Below, in pieces: positions 17,819 through 27,511 of a DNA stretch of 43,962 nt (position 1 is the first letter of the stretch; each line of letters begins with the position of its first letter). Origin of the DNA: Pseudobdellovibrionaceae bacterium (lineage in GTDB: Bacteria; Bdellovibrionota; Bdellovibrionia; Bdellovibrionales; JAMPXM01); assembly GCA_023701225.1 (NCBI GenBank), contig JAMPXM010000003.1, positions 1-43,962 of the forward strand, read 5' to 3'. The notes beneath the pieces were generated by a model. The model ran no database searches, was not told the origin of the DNA, and saw nothing but the letters and a program-made list of their open reading frames with translations. Both the position numbers and the translations under genes were made by a program.

Positions 17819-18830
17819 AGACCCAGCTCCCCATTTCAAATACGAGTTCACGTACGCCGATACCGGCAACGGCGGAAATCATGCGCACTTCAATTCCAGC
17901 ACGCTGAAAACCATCCCGCAGCTCGCGACGACGATCCTCGCTCAGGACATCGATTTTATTCAGCACGACGATCTGAGGACGTGTCGCCAACGGGCGATAG
18001 CCCTCGACATCTGCCTTGGACTTATCGTACTCGGCCAACTCATGATTGATATCTTTGTAGTCTTGCAAAGCCTCGCGGCCCGCGCTCTCACTCGCATCGA
18101 CGAGATGCACGAAGAGATTCGTGCGCTCGATGTGCCGCAAAAACTGAGTCCCTAAACCCACACCCTTGTGTGCGCCCGGCACCAGTCCCGGAATATCAGC
18201 GACGACAAACGATCGCTCGCCGCCGTCGACGGCAACGACACCGAGATTCGGCGAGAGGGTCGTAAAGGGATAATCCGCGATTTTCGGCTTCGCGGCGGAT
18301 ATGCGAGAAATAAACGTCGACTTCCCAGCGTTCGGATAACCGATGACGCCCACATCTGCGATGAGCTTAAGTTCCAATGAAACCGTGCGCGCCTCTCCGA
18401 GTTCACCTGGCTGCGCGTGTTCAGGAGCTTGATTGACGCTCGACTTGAAAAACGTGTTTCCTTTTCCGCCGCGACCGCCGCTGAGAAACAGTGTTTCCCC
18501 CGGCTCATTCAAATCAAAAAGAATCTGTCCGTCTTCATCTTTCACGACGGTTCCCGCAGGAACCTCGAGCACTAAATCCTGACCGGCCGCGCCCGACATA
18601 TTCCGCCCGGAGCCGTCTTGTCCGTTCGCGGCGGCATACTTCTTTTTAAAGCGAAATACCAACAGACTGTTGATCTGCGGATTCACCCGAAACACGACGT
18701 TTCCGCCACGACCGCCGTCCCCGCCGTCCGGGCCTCCACGTGGCTCCATTGCCTCTCGCCGAAAGCTCACGCTGCCGGCGCCGCCCTTTCCAGAGCTCAC
18801 TGTAATGGTGACTTCATCAATAAACTTCAT
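17799..18830 (-). CDS. obgE: GTPase ObgE/CgtA
   Basis: FRRE..P.GGPDGGDGG, GYPNAGKS, YPFTT, DIPG and NKID motifs. Confidence 0.97.
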   Translation of the reverse strand: MKFIDEVTITVSSGKGGAGSVSFRREAMEPRGGPDGGDGGRGGNVVFRVNPQINSLLVFRFKKKYAAANGQDGSGRNMSGAAGQDLVLEVPAGTVVKDEDGQILFDLNEPGETLFLSGGRGGKGNTFFKSSVNQAPEHAQPGELGEARTVSLELKLIADVGVIGYPNAGKSTFISRISAAKPKIADYPFTTLSPNLGVVAVDGGERSFVVADIPGLVPGAHKGVGLGTQFLRHIERTNLFVHLVDASESAGREALQDYKDINHELAEYDKSKADVEGYRPLATRPQIVVLNKIDVLSEDRRRELRDGFQRAGIEVRMISAVAGIGVRELVFEMGSWVFGAKHS

Positions 18831-18932
18831 CAGATTCCGTGTATCCCGCCCTAGCGGTGATGGAAGCGTTCATAGCCTTTGTGTGTGCATCCGACCATGA
18901 ATGCGTGCGATCGCGCGTGCGTGCAGATACAA

Positions 18933-18988
18933 CAAAGCGCCCAGCAAGGTTATCGACCATTAGCCGATTCGTCCTTGGGGCGCCTTTG
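18933..18988 (-). terminator. Long imperfect stem-loop after rpmA
   Basis: Minus strand CAAAGGCGCCCCAAGG...ATCGGC/GTCGAT...CCTTGCTGGGCGCTTTG, followed by TTGT. Confidence 0.5.
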
Positions 18989-19023
18989 GAAGAGCGAACA
19001 GCTCGCGAACGAGCGGCTCAGAA

Positions 19024-19287
19024 TTAAGCCGAAGCTTTCGCGTAAACGCTGATTTTCGTGCGCAGTTTATCGACGCGCTCGAACTTCACCTGACCATCGA
19101 TCAACGAATAAATCGTGAAATCGCGGCCCATGCGAACGTTATTACCCAAGTGGAACTTCGTTCCGCGCTGACGAACGATGATCGTTCCCGGCTTCACTTG
19201 CTCTCCGCCGAAGCGCTTGACGCCCAAGCGCCGACCAGCTGAATCGCGTCCGTTCCGTGTACTACCTGCGGCCTTCTTACTTGCCAT
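19024..19287 (-). CDS. rpmA: 50S ribosomal protein L27
   Basis: [21 protein letters not shown] and IIVRQRGTK. Confidence 0.98.
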   Translation of the reverse strand: MASKKAAGSTRNGRDSAGRRLGVKRFGGEQVKPGTIIVRQRGTKFHLGNNVRMGRDFTIYSLIDGQVKFERVDKLRTKISVYAKASA

Positions 19288-19325
19288 AACTCAACCTCGT
19301 AAAAATCAGTGATCCTCAGGATGAC

Positions 19326-19895
19326 TTACTTCTTCGCCGTTTTCTTGCCAGCGGCTTTTTTCTTGCCGGCAGTCTTTTTCGCGGCGGATTTTTTCGCGCC
19401 CGCGACTTTCTTGGCGGTTTTCTTTTTTGCTGCTTTTTTGGGTGCCGCTGCATCGCTGGCACGCTTTTCACGCTTCGCTGCCTTGCTCTCTTTCGTCTGA
19501 GCGGCTGCGAACGCCTCTTTACGAGCCTGAATCTTCGCCGGATCAACAACGATGATCGACTTTTCCGTTTCCGACTTCGCGCCTTCCGGATTCGTAATCG
19601 ACTTGACGAACAGTTCTGTGAAGAGCTGGCGATGGCCCTGCATTTTGCGATAGCCTTGACGACGCTTCTTCTTGAACACGATCACTTTCGGGCTTTTCGC
19701 TTGGCGTGTGACCACGACGCGAACTTTCGCGTTCTGCACGAGCGGCTCTCCGACGAAGGCCTTGTCGCCACCAACGAACAGCACTTCCGACACATCAAAC
19801 TCGTCGCCGAGTTTTTTCTCGAGCTTTTCAACCCGAACAGTGTCGCCTGCTTGCACTTTGTATTGCTTGCCGCCGGCGCGGATGATTGCGTACAT
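19326..19895 (-). CDS. rplU: 50S ribosomal protein L21 with a Lys/Ala-rich C-terminal extension
   Basis: MYAII.AGGKQYKV and KKKRR..YRK.QGHRQ motifs; GGAGG SD before ATG 19895. Confidence 0.97.
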   Translation of the reverse strand: MYAIIRAGGKQYKVQAGDTVRVEKLEKKLGDEFDVSEVLFVGGDKAFVGEPLVQNAKVRVVVTRQAKSPKVIVFKKKRRQGYRKMQGHRQLFTELFVKSITNPEGAKSETEKSIIVVDPAKIQARKEAFAAAQTKESKAAKREKRASDAAAPKKAAKKKTAKKVAGAKKSAAKKTAGKKKAAGKKTAKK

Positions 19896-20214
19896 CAAGA
19901 CCTCCAAAAAAACCCAATACGAATTTGGCTGGAAAACGAAAGACATCGTAAGTGCCACGCCGCACTACTAATTGTCAATTCTTTCGGCAGACAACTGAGT
20001 GAAAGAACTGGTTCCAGACTCGGACTTTATATCCGATCTCACCCGCTCCATCAACGCATGGCGCAAATCTTTTGAAATATTCACCGGTTAGTCCGTCAAA
20101 GCCAGATCTGGACTGCCCAGCAGCCAGCTCACCCTCTTAGCCTGATCTCATCGATTCTTATCACGACAAGTTTGAAACATGCATTCCGGCCAGCTTAGGC
20201 CACGAGGAGCATTT

Positions 20215-20931
20215 ATGAAGGGATTGTTTTCTTCCAGCGTTGCGGCCCTGATCGCCGCGCTTTCGTTTGGTTGTGCCCATGGCCCCCAGAGCACTTCCGG
20301 CTCGGCGCCAAACGCCGCCACTTCGACTCCGACGTCCGACCGCTTCCCGGCCGCTCAGGTCGAAATCAAAGAAGGCCGGGATAACTTGAAGTATGAACGT
20401 GATGGAGGCGACTTCTACGTGAATCTCCGCAATGGCCAACGCTGCCAGATCACGACCAACGTGGATGATTTCAAGATGCTCCCCCGCGGCGGCCATGTGC
20501 TCGCCTATGAGACGAAGGCCGGCGAACTGGTCATGCTCCGCCATGGCGACGACAACGCTCGCCAGTGCTATTCCCAGCGCGACCGCAAAACCGATGTCAC
20601 CGATCAACAGGCGCGCGTCGTGAAGTGGAACGTCATCAATGCTTCGGACGTCCCGGTTGTCCTCATTGCGTTGGACAAAAACGGCTTCGTGAAAATGTAC
20701 GATATTGCCGGCAACGAAGTGTCCGGCCTCGGTATCCGCAACGTCGAAGATTATCGCCTGCATCCTTGCCACGGGAAGCGCGGCGTTCCGTTCAACTCGA
20801 AAATCGCCTTTGCCTACGGCAACGGCCGCGTGGGTACGATTGAGCCGAGCGGTCGCTATGTCCTCGATAGCGGCAACTATCAGAGCGCTTCGGAGTTCAT
20901 CGAGCGCAACCGCATCGACTGCAGCAACTAA
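20215..20931 (+). CDS. Hypothetical lipoprotein, beta-rich, with Cys residues
   Basis: SD GAGGAG; lipobox LSFGC; Ser/Thr/Pro linker; followed by a terminator. Confidence 0.75.
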   Translation: MKGLFSSSVAALIAALSFGCAHGPQSTSGSAPNAATSTPTSDRFPAAQVEIKEGRDNLKYERDGGDFYVNLRNGQRCQITTNVDDFKMLPRGGHVLAYETKAGELVMLRHGDDNARQCYSQRDRKTDVTDQQARVVKWNVINASDVPVVLIALDKNGFVKMYDIAGNEVSGLGIRNVEDYRLHPCHGKRGVPFNSKIAFAYGNGRVGTIEPSGRYVLDSGNYQSASEFIERNRIDCSN

Positions 20932-20957
20932 GACACGGTTCGCTCATTCGATGCTTC

Positions 20958-20987
20958 GAAAACCCGCCCCCAGGCGGGTTTTCTTTT
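20958..20987. terminator. Intrinsic terminator, probably bidirectional
   Basis: GAAAACCCGCC-CCCA-GGCGGGTTTTC-TTTT between convergent genes. Confidence 0.85.
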
Positions 20988-21010
20988 GGATGCAGAGGCG
21001 GGTGCCGGCT

Positions 21011-22558
21011 CTACATCGTAAAAATTTCGTACTGCTCGACGTGATATCCCGGCTCTAGCTTGAGGACGACGTTACGACCGATTTTGTTTTCGACGTACTC
21101 GAGCATTTCGCTCTCTTCTTCGTAGATCCAGTCGCCGACATCGGCATGGCAGTGAACAACGGCCGCCGCGCGCTGATCGCCTTTGTGGGCATCGCGCTCC
21201 AAATCACGGAAGATTTCGTGGGCGACCGTGGCTTTTTGCTTAATGTACCCGCGACCGTCACAGTACGAGCACGGTTCGCAAAGCGTTTTCACCAGGCTCG
21301 GGCGAATACGTTTACGAGTCATCTCGACCAAACCGAGGTTTGACATTGAGAACACTGTCGTGCGCGCGCGGTCCTTTTGCAGCTCTTCCTTGATCGCCAG
21401 CATGACCTTTTCGCGATGAGCCTCTTTTTCCATATCGATGAAGTCGATGATGATGATACCGCCGCAGTTGCGGATGCGCAGCTGGTGTGCGATTTCGCGC
21501 ACCGCCTCGAGGTTGGTCTTCACGATCGTGTCTTCGAGATCCTTTTTGCCGACGTAACGACCTGTGTTCACGTCGATGACGACCAGGGCCTCGGCCTCGT
21601 CGATCACGATGTAACCGCCGGACTTGAGCCACACTTTGCGCTCCATCGAGCGGGAGATTTCCAGGTCGATTTCATATTGGTCGAACAGCGGCCGCGTGCC
21701 GGTGTAAAGCTTCACCTTGTTCTTGTACTTGGGCATGAACTGGCCAAGGAACGCGACGACCTTGCGGTGCGACTCCGGATCGTCGATCAGGACCCGCGAG
21801 ATCTCCTCACTCAACATATCGCGCAACGCACGCAGCTCGACATCGAGTTCGGCGTGCACGAGGCCGGGAGTCTTCTTCTTCTCGTAATTGCGATGAACCT
21901 CTTCCCATAGCCGGTGCAGGTAGTCGAGGTCGGCCTTGATGCTCGCGTCCGTCGCCCCCTCTCCCGCCGTGCGAACGATCACGCCACCCTTCGGCGACAG
22001 CTTTTGCACGAGCTGGCGCAGCCGCTCGCGTTCATTCGGATCCTCGATCCGCCGTGAAACCCCCTGATGATTCAGAGTTGGCATGAAGACGACGTGGCGG
22101 CCCGGCAATGAAATATGCGTCGTGATGCGTGCGCCCTTGGAGCCGAGCGGATCTTTGGCCACCTGAACGAGGATCGTCTGGCCCTCGCTGAGCAGCTCCT
22201 GGATGCGCGGCCGGTCCAGCGACTTTACCTCGGTGCTCGAGGACGCCGCCGGCGCGCTCTCTTCGGGTTCATCGAACCCGGACGCTTCCGCAGTGTCTTC
22301 CGCGAAGATTTCCCCTGATTCGGTATCGATATCCCCGCGCACGTCACCGACGTACAAAAATGCGGCGCGATCCAGACCAATATCTACGAACGCCGCCTGC
22401 ATACCGGGTAAGACACGGATCACCTTCCCGCGATGAATGGACCCGACCAAAGTCGGTGACGTCTTTCGATCGATCGTCAGATCCGTCAGGACACCGTTTT
22501 CCAAGTACGCGACGCGCGTTTCCACTGGCCGGACGTTGATCAAGATCTCGGATGACAC
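21011..22558 (-). CDS. rng: Ribonuclease G (Rne/Rng family)
   Basis: PGMQAAFVDIG (S1), KGARIT, IDVNTG, GGIIIIDFIDM and C..C.GRG motifs; no RNase E scaffold tail. GTG start after AAGGA. Confidence 0.93.
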   Translation of the reverse strand: MSSEILINVRPVETRVAYLENGVLTDLTIDRKTSPTLVGSIHRGKVIRVLPGMQAAFVDIGLDRAAFLYVGDVRGDIDTESGEIFAEDTAEASGFDEPEESAPAASSSTEVKSLDRPRIQELLSEGQTILVQVAKDPLGSKGARITTHISLPGRHVVFMPTLNHQGVSRRIEDPNERERLRQLVQKLSPKGGVIVRTAGEGATDASIKADLDYLHRLWEEVHRNYEKKKTPGLVHAELDVELRALRDMLSEEISRVLIDDPESHRKVVAFLGQFMPKYKNKVKLYTGTRPLFDQYEIDLEISRSMERKVWLKSGGYIVIDEAEALVVIDVNTGRYVGKKDLEDTIVKTNLEAVREIAHQLRIRNCGGIIIIDFIDMEKEAHREKVMLAIKEELQKDRARTTVFSMSNLGLVEMTRKRIRPSLVKTLCEPCSYCDGRGYIKQKATVAHEIFRDLERDAHKGDQRAAAVVHCHADVGDWIYEEESEMLEYVENKIGRNVVLKLEPGYHVEQYEIFTM

Positions 22559-22581
22559 GCGGATCCTTTCTGGAAGACGCC

Positions 22582-22609
22582 TCAATATCAGCAGCGCAGT
22601 CGCCGATAA
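22582..22609 (+). promoter_or_regulatory. Putative sigma28 (FliA) promoter for pilT
   Basis: TCAA-N16-GCCGATAA with a perfect -10 element. Confidence 0.6.
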
Positions 22610-22665
22610 CCAATTGATCCTTGTGCTGGATTTTCCGTCACGGACCTCTGGAGGCTTCGCCATTT

Positions 22666-23781
22666 ATGGCAAAAATCGATGAGCTCTTCAAGATCATGGT
22701 AACCAAAGGTGCTTCGGATTTGCATTTAGCGGCCGGCGCACCACCCTACCTTCGCCTCCACGGCGAGATGACGAAACTCGATTTCGCGGCACTCACAAAC
22801 GAACAGGTGCAGCTTTTGATTTTCGAAATTCTCAACGAAAAGCAGCGTAAGAATTTCATTGAAAACTGGGAGTTGGATTGTAGTTATACCGTCGAAGGGC
22901 TTGGCCGGTTCCGCTGTAACGTCTTTATGCAGCGCAAAGGTATGGGCGCCGTATTCCGCGTGATTCCCGAAAAAATCAAATCCATGGACGAACTCGGTCT
23001 GCCATCCCAACTCTTGGACCTAATCGCTGTGCCAAAAGGCCTCGTCTGCGTGACCGGCCCGACCGGCTCGGGCAAATCAACGACGCTGGCGGCAATGATC
23101 CATTACATCAATCAGAACGAAAACGCGCATATCATCACGATCGAAGACCCGATCGAATTCGTTCACCCCAATCACAAATCGTTGGTCAACCAGCGCGAAG
23201 TCGGCGGGCATACGAGATCGTTCTCCAACGCGCTGAAGGCCGCACTCCGCGAGGACCCGGATATCGTTCTCGTCGGCGAAATGCGCGACCTGGAAACCAT
23301 CCAGCTTGCATTGACCGCGGCGGAAACCGGACACTTGGTGTTCGGTACACTGCACACGAACAACGCGCACAAGACCGTGGATCGAATCATTGACGTCTTC
23401 CCGGACACCAAACAAGCGCAAATTCGTGTCATGCTTTCGGAGAGCCTACGTGGCGTCGTGGCCCAATCGCTCCTGCCACGGGCGGATGGCGCAGGTCGGG
23501 TGGCGGCGCTGGAGGTTTTGTTCAACAACAAAGCCGTCGCCAACCTGATCCGCGAAGGGAAGACATATCAAATTCCCTCTGCGATGCAGACCGGTAAGAG
23601 CCAAGGCATGATCACCTATGAATCGTCGATCGAAGACCTGATCAAACGTGGGTTGCTCAATCAAAAAGTGGGTTTGGAGTTTCTCGGCAAGGCGTCTTCG
23701 GCCGCGCCGGAAGAAAAGGCCGCGCCTGCCGCCGGAGCCCGCCCCGCGATGCCAGGTATGCCACTCAAAAAATCCGGCTGA
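22666..23781 (+). CDS. pilT: Type IV pilus retraction ATPase PilT
   Basis: GASDLHL, GPTGSGKST, TIEDPIE, LREDPD..LVGEMRD, TGHLVFGTLH and ANLIRE motifs. Confidence 0.95.
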   Translation: MAKIDELFKIMVTKGASDLHLAAGAPPYLRLHGEMTKLDFAALTNEQVQLLIFEILNEKQRKNFIENWELDCSYTVEGLGRFRCNVFMQRKGMGAVFRVIPEKIKSMDELGLPSQLLDLIAVPKGLVCVTGPTGSGKSTTLAAMIHYINQNENAHIITIEDPIEFVHPNHKSLVNQREVGGHTRSFSNALKAALREDPDIVLVGEMRDLETIQLALTAAETGHLVFGTLHTNNAHKTVDRIIDVFPDTKQAQIRVMLSESLRGVVAQSLLPRADGAGRVAALEVLFNNKAVANLIREGKTYQIPSAMQTGKSQGMITYESSIEDLIKRGLLNQKVGLEFLGKASSAAPEEKAAPAAGARPAMPGMPLKKSG

Positions 23782-23833
23782 TCCAGGATTCCGAGCGCCC
23801 AAGTTGAGAGCGCGCTCAGCGCAAAATATCCAG

Positions 23834-24244
23834 TCAGAATGTCCAGCTGAGCTGCAAAGCCACGGGAGAAGGCACCGCCTCGTGCTGAGCAAGCGCGGGA
23901 TCCGTCTCCAGATCCATCCATGGCCGGTCACCGTAAAATTCCTGCGGATTCGTCGCCGCGGAATAGGTGGAATAAATCGTGCCTGTGATCACGCCGACGG
24001 CGAAGCCGATCGCGATGTTGGACAGCTTGTCCTGCGGACGCCCGTAAAAACTCAGCGTACTCAAACCCAAAACCGCACCGCCGAGGCCTGCGAAGATGAT
24101 CGTCGCCAATTGGCGACGAGGCCCCGCATTGGTGGCTTTGTCGCGTGAGGTTTCCTGGGGCGGAGGCGTTTGCGCCAAAGCAGGTGTCGCCACGGACAGG
24201 CACAGCACGACGGCGATCAAAATTTTCAGTGCTCTTCCGACCAT
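23834..24244 (-). CDS. Hypothetical exported/membrane protein with glycine-zipper helices
   Basis: Signal peptide ending ALA; GLGGAVLG and GFAVGVITG helices. Confidence 0.65.
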   Translation of the reverse strand: MVGRALKILIAVVLCLSVATPALAQTPPPQETSRDKATNAGPRRQLATIIFAGLGGAVLGLSTLSFYGRPQDKLSNIAIGFAVGVITGTIYSTYSAATNPQEFYGDRPWMDLETDPALAQHEAVPSPVALQLSWTF

Positions 24245-24540
24245 GGAGCCTCCCCGTCTGCACGAATTTCAAAGCTTGCCAGTGGCGTTGTCAGTGGCGG
24301 CTGGCCATTCAGATGGCGCAGCTCCACCGCATCCACGCGAGCCAAGAGCGGACCGCGATGGATGGCTTCTTCAAATTGTAACAAGGCCTTGTCTGTTCCG
24401 CTCGCGAAAATCTCAACTCGACCGTCGCTTAAATTCCGCACCCATCCGGTCAGCCCGAGCGCTCCAGCGCGCTTCTGGGTGAAATTCCGAAAACTCACAC
24501 CTTGGACTCGCCCCGCGACGAGGTACTGACGGAACTGCAT
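24226..24540 (-). CDS. acyP: Acylphosphatase
   Basis: GRVQGVSFR and LTGWVRNLSDGRVE motifs. Confidence 0.93.
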   Translation of the reverse strand: MQFRQYLVAGRVQGVSFRNFTQKRAGALGLTGWVRNLSDGRVEIFASGTDKALLQFEEAIHRGPLLARVDAVELRHLNGQPPLTTPLASFEIRADGEAPWSEEH

Positions 24541-24581
24541 ATTTTGACATTCCGGGCAGCGATTGCTAATTACAACTTCTT

Positions 24582-25289
24582 ATGCAGAGCACCAACAGTC
24601 CCGCCTCTGGTTCCATCTCTGGTCCCTCGGATCTCGCCGCATTCATCGATCACACGCTGTTGAAAGCGGATGCCACAGTCGCGGATATCGAAAGACTTTG
24701 CGACGAAGCATTGCAATTCCGGTTCAAAGGAGTTTGCGTCAATTCCGTACATCTCCCGCGAGTCGCGGCACGTTTGCGCGGTTCGACCGTGCTCCCCGTT
24801 TGCGTGGTCGGCTTTCCGCTCGGTGCTTCATTGAGTGAGGTCAAGGCCGCGGAAACTCGCTTAGCGATCGAGGCCGGAGCCGCGGAAATCGACACCGTTC
24901 TTGCGATCGGCGCGATCAAGGATCGGAATTCGGTCCTGGCCGAAAACGACCTCCGCGCGGTCGTAACCGCCGCGGAAGGGCGACCCGTCAAAGTCATCTT
25001 AGAAACCGGTCTGCTCAGCGTAGATGAAATCACGCTTGCCTGCCGACTGAGCGAGGCGGCCGGCGCGGCCTTTGTCAAAACCGCGACAGGTTTCTTGGGA
25101 CGCGGGGCCTCGCTCGAAGACATCCGCTTGATGAAAGCCAGTTGTTCGCCACGCATGCAGATCAAAGCCAGCGGCGGCATTAAAACCTTCGAGCAGGCAC
25201 GCGATCTCATCCATGCCGGCGCACATCGTCTCGGCACGAGCAGCGGGGTCGCGCTCGTTTCGGGAAAAGAAACAGGCGCCAGCTACTGA
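24582..25289 (+). CDS. deoC: Deoxyribose-phosphate aldolase
   Basis: IDHTLL, VGFPLG, VKVILET, FVKTATGF, KASGG and RLGTS motifs. Confidence 0.96.
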   Translation: MQSTNSPASGSISGPSDLAAFIDHTLLKADATVADIERLCDEALQFRFKGVCVNSVHLPRVAARLRGSTVLPVCVVGFPLGASLSEVKAAETRLAIEAGAAEIDTVLAIGAIKDRNSVLAENDLRAVVTAAEGRPVKVILETGLLSVDEITLACRLSEAAGAAFVKTATGFLGRGASLEDIRLMKASCSPRMQIKASGGIKTFEQARDLIHAGAHRLGTSSGVALVSGKETGASY

Positions 25290-25341
25290 CCAAGCTGATC
25301 TGGCCACACGGGCTGACTTGTGCTGGTGACAAAGGACAACC

Positions 25342-26661
25342 ATGACTTACTTCCCAGCGGAACTGATTAAGAAAAAACGCGCCGGGCTCGCACATGATCG
25401 CGCTGAGCTGGAATTCCTTATCAACGGCTTCGTCGCCGGTACGATTCCCGATTACCAGATGGCCGCCTGGCTGATGGCCGTCTTTTTTAAAGGCATGACC
25501 GCGACGGAAACGTCCGAGCTCACTCATGTGATGTTACACAGCGGTCGCACGCTCGACTTTTCCTCTCTTCACAAGCCCGTGGTCGATAAGCACTCCACGG
25601 GCGGAGTCGGTGATAAAACCAGCTTGATTCTCGCTCCCTTGGTCGCCGCCGCAGGCATTCCGGTACCGATGATCGCCGGGCGAGGCCTAGGACACACAGG
25701 CGGCACACTGGATAAGCTCGAGGCTCTGCCGGGATTCCGCATCGCTCTTTCCCTTGATGAATTCCAAGCGCAAGTCGCGGCCTTGGGCACCGCGCTCACC
25801 GGCCAAACCGCAGAAATTTGTCCCGCCGACAAACGCATCTATGCGCTTCGCGACGTGACTGGCACGATCGAGTCTCTGCCACTGATTTGCGCGAGTATCA
25901 TGTCCAAGAAACTCGCCGAAGGTATCAACGGCCTTGTGTTGGACGTAAAACATGGCTCCGGCGCATTCATGAAAACCGTCGAACAGGCTGATCTGCTCGC
26001 CGACAAACTCATGGAAATCGGCCAACACCACGGCAAACGCGTGATTGCTCTGCTCACGCGCATGGACGAGCCCTTGGGCCGCTTCATTGGCAACGCCGTC
26101 GAAGTCGGCGAATGTATCGCGATCATGAAGAACGAACCCTACCTTGGACGGCCACCCGAAGATTTCGCGGACACGCGCGAGCTCACGCTGGAGCTGGCGG
26201 CGGCCATGCTCTGGGTCGGCGGCGCATCCCCGTCGCTGGAACACGGGCGCGCGCAAGCGGAGGACCTGCTTGTGAGTGGCAAAGCCTGGCAGAAGTTCGC
26301 CGAGATTTGCCGCGCCCAAGGCGGACAACTGGAGCAATTGCCGACTCCAACTGTTCGACAAGTCGTGCGGTCGACAGCAAACGGCTATGTGGCGGCCTAT
26401 GATACTGAAAAACTGGGTCTCGCCGCGATTGCCATGGGCGGCGGGCGACTGAAGACCAGCGATGTGATCGATCCGGTCGCCGGAATCGAGGTCCATAAGA
26501 AACTCGGGGACGCGGTCGTGGAAGGCGAAACTCTTTTCACGCTCCTCGGTGGCTCCCGGCGCAGCTTTGATGAAGCCTCCGCCATGGTGGTGGCGGCGAC
26601 CACAATTTCCTTGCAAAAACCAGTGGTTCCCAGTTTGATCACCAAGAGAAAGGTGATCTAA
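25342..26661 (+). CDS. pdp: Pyrimidine-nucleoside/thymidine phosphorylase
   Basis: DKHSTGGVGDK, GRGLGHTGGTLDKLE, YALRDVT and SIMSKK motifs. Confidence 0.95.
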   Translation: MTYFPAELIKKKRAGLAHDRAELEFLINGFVAGTIPDYQMAAWLMAVFFKGMTATETSELTHVMLHSGRTLDFSSLHKPVVDKHSTGGVGDKTSLILAPLVAAAGIPVPMIAGRGLGHTGGTLDKLEALPGFRIALSLDEFQAQVAALGTALTGQTAEICPADKRIYALRDVTGTIESLPLICASIMSKKLAEGINGLVLDVKHGSGAFMKTVEQADLLADKLMEIGQHHGKRVIALLTRMDEPLGRFIGNAVEVGECIAIMKNEPYLGRPPEDFADTRELTLELAAAMLWVGGASPSLEHGRAQAEDLLVSGKAWQKFAEICRAQGGQLEQLPTPTVRQVVRSTANGYVAAYDTEKLGLAAIAMGGGRLKTSDVIDPVAGIEVHKKLGDAVVEGETLFTLLGGSRRSFDEASAMVVAATTISLQKPVVPSLITKRKVI

Positions 26662-26668
26662 CACCACG

Positions 26669-27484
26669 ATGGTTCAAGAGAATCTAGAAGAAACAGTTGC
26701 TTATATCCGTTCGCACTCGAAGCTGAAGCCTCGCATGGGCATCATTCTCGGCTCGGGACTGGGCAACTTCGTGAACCATATCCAGGTCGAAACAACGATT
26801 CCGTACGATGAAATTCCATCTTTCGTCGCGCCGACTGTCGAGGGTCACTCCGGACGTTTGATTCTGGGATCCGTGAAGAACGTACCCATCGCTGTTTTGC
26901 AGGGGCGCATTCATTACTACGAAGGCCACTCTATGGCTTCCGTCGTTTATCCGACACGCAGCCTGGCTATGCTCGGAATCGAAGTGCTGATGTTGACCAA
27001 CTCCGCCGGCGGACTGGACCCCGCGATGAAGCCGGGCGACTTTATGATCATCGACGATCATATCAATCTGATGGGCGACAATCCGCTCAAGGGCCCGAAC
27101 ATCGCGCAACTCGGTCCACGCTTCCCGGATATGAGCGAAGCGTATGATTCCCGCCTGAACAATAAACTGGAAGAAATCCTGAAGGCGAAAAAAGTGCGCC
27201 ACCACCGCGGAATTTACTGTGGTGTTTCGGGTCCGACATACGAAACGCCGGCCGAAGTCCGTTATCTGACGATGATCGGCGGCAAGGCGGTGGGCATGAG
27301 CACGGTGCCAGAAGCCATCGCCGCCAACCACCTCGGTTTGCGTGTGTGCGCCCTGAGCTGCATCACCAATCTGGCGTCGGGACTTTCCAAGCACAAGCTT
27401 TCGCATGATGAAGTCACGCAGACCGCCAAGGCCGTGGAAGACAAGTTCTGTGACTTCCTTCTTGATTTCATCGCCACTCTTTAA
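26669..27484 (+). CDS. punA: Purine-nucleoside phosphorylase (trimeric type)
   Basis: LGSGLG, GRIHYYEG, GPTYETPAE and VGMSTVPE motifs. Confidence 0.95.
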   Translation: MVQENLEETVAYIRSHSKLKPRMGIILGSGLGNFVNHIQVETTIPYDEIPSFVAPTVEGHSGRLILGSVKNVPIAVLQGRIHYYEGHSMASVVYPTRSLAMLGIEVLMLTNSAGGLDPAMKPGDFMIIDDHINLMGDNPLKGPNIAQLGPRFPDMSEAYDSRLNNKLEEILKAKKVRHHRGIYCGVSGPTYETPAEVRYLTMIGGKAVGMSTVPEAIAANHLGLRVCALSCITNLASGLSKHKLSHDEVTQTAKAVEDKFCDFLLDFIATL

Positions 27485-27511
27485 CTGAAATATCCGAAAC
27501 GGACACATCCG

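Noticed and set aside
19905-19978. rplU leader attenuator and TTGACA promoter
   Set aside because: The stem is only about 4 bp and no good -10 box lies at 16-18 nt spacing.
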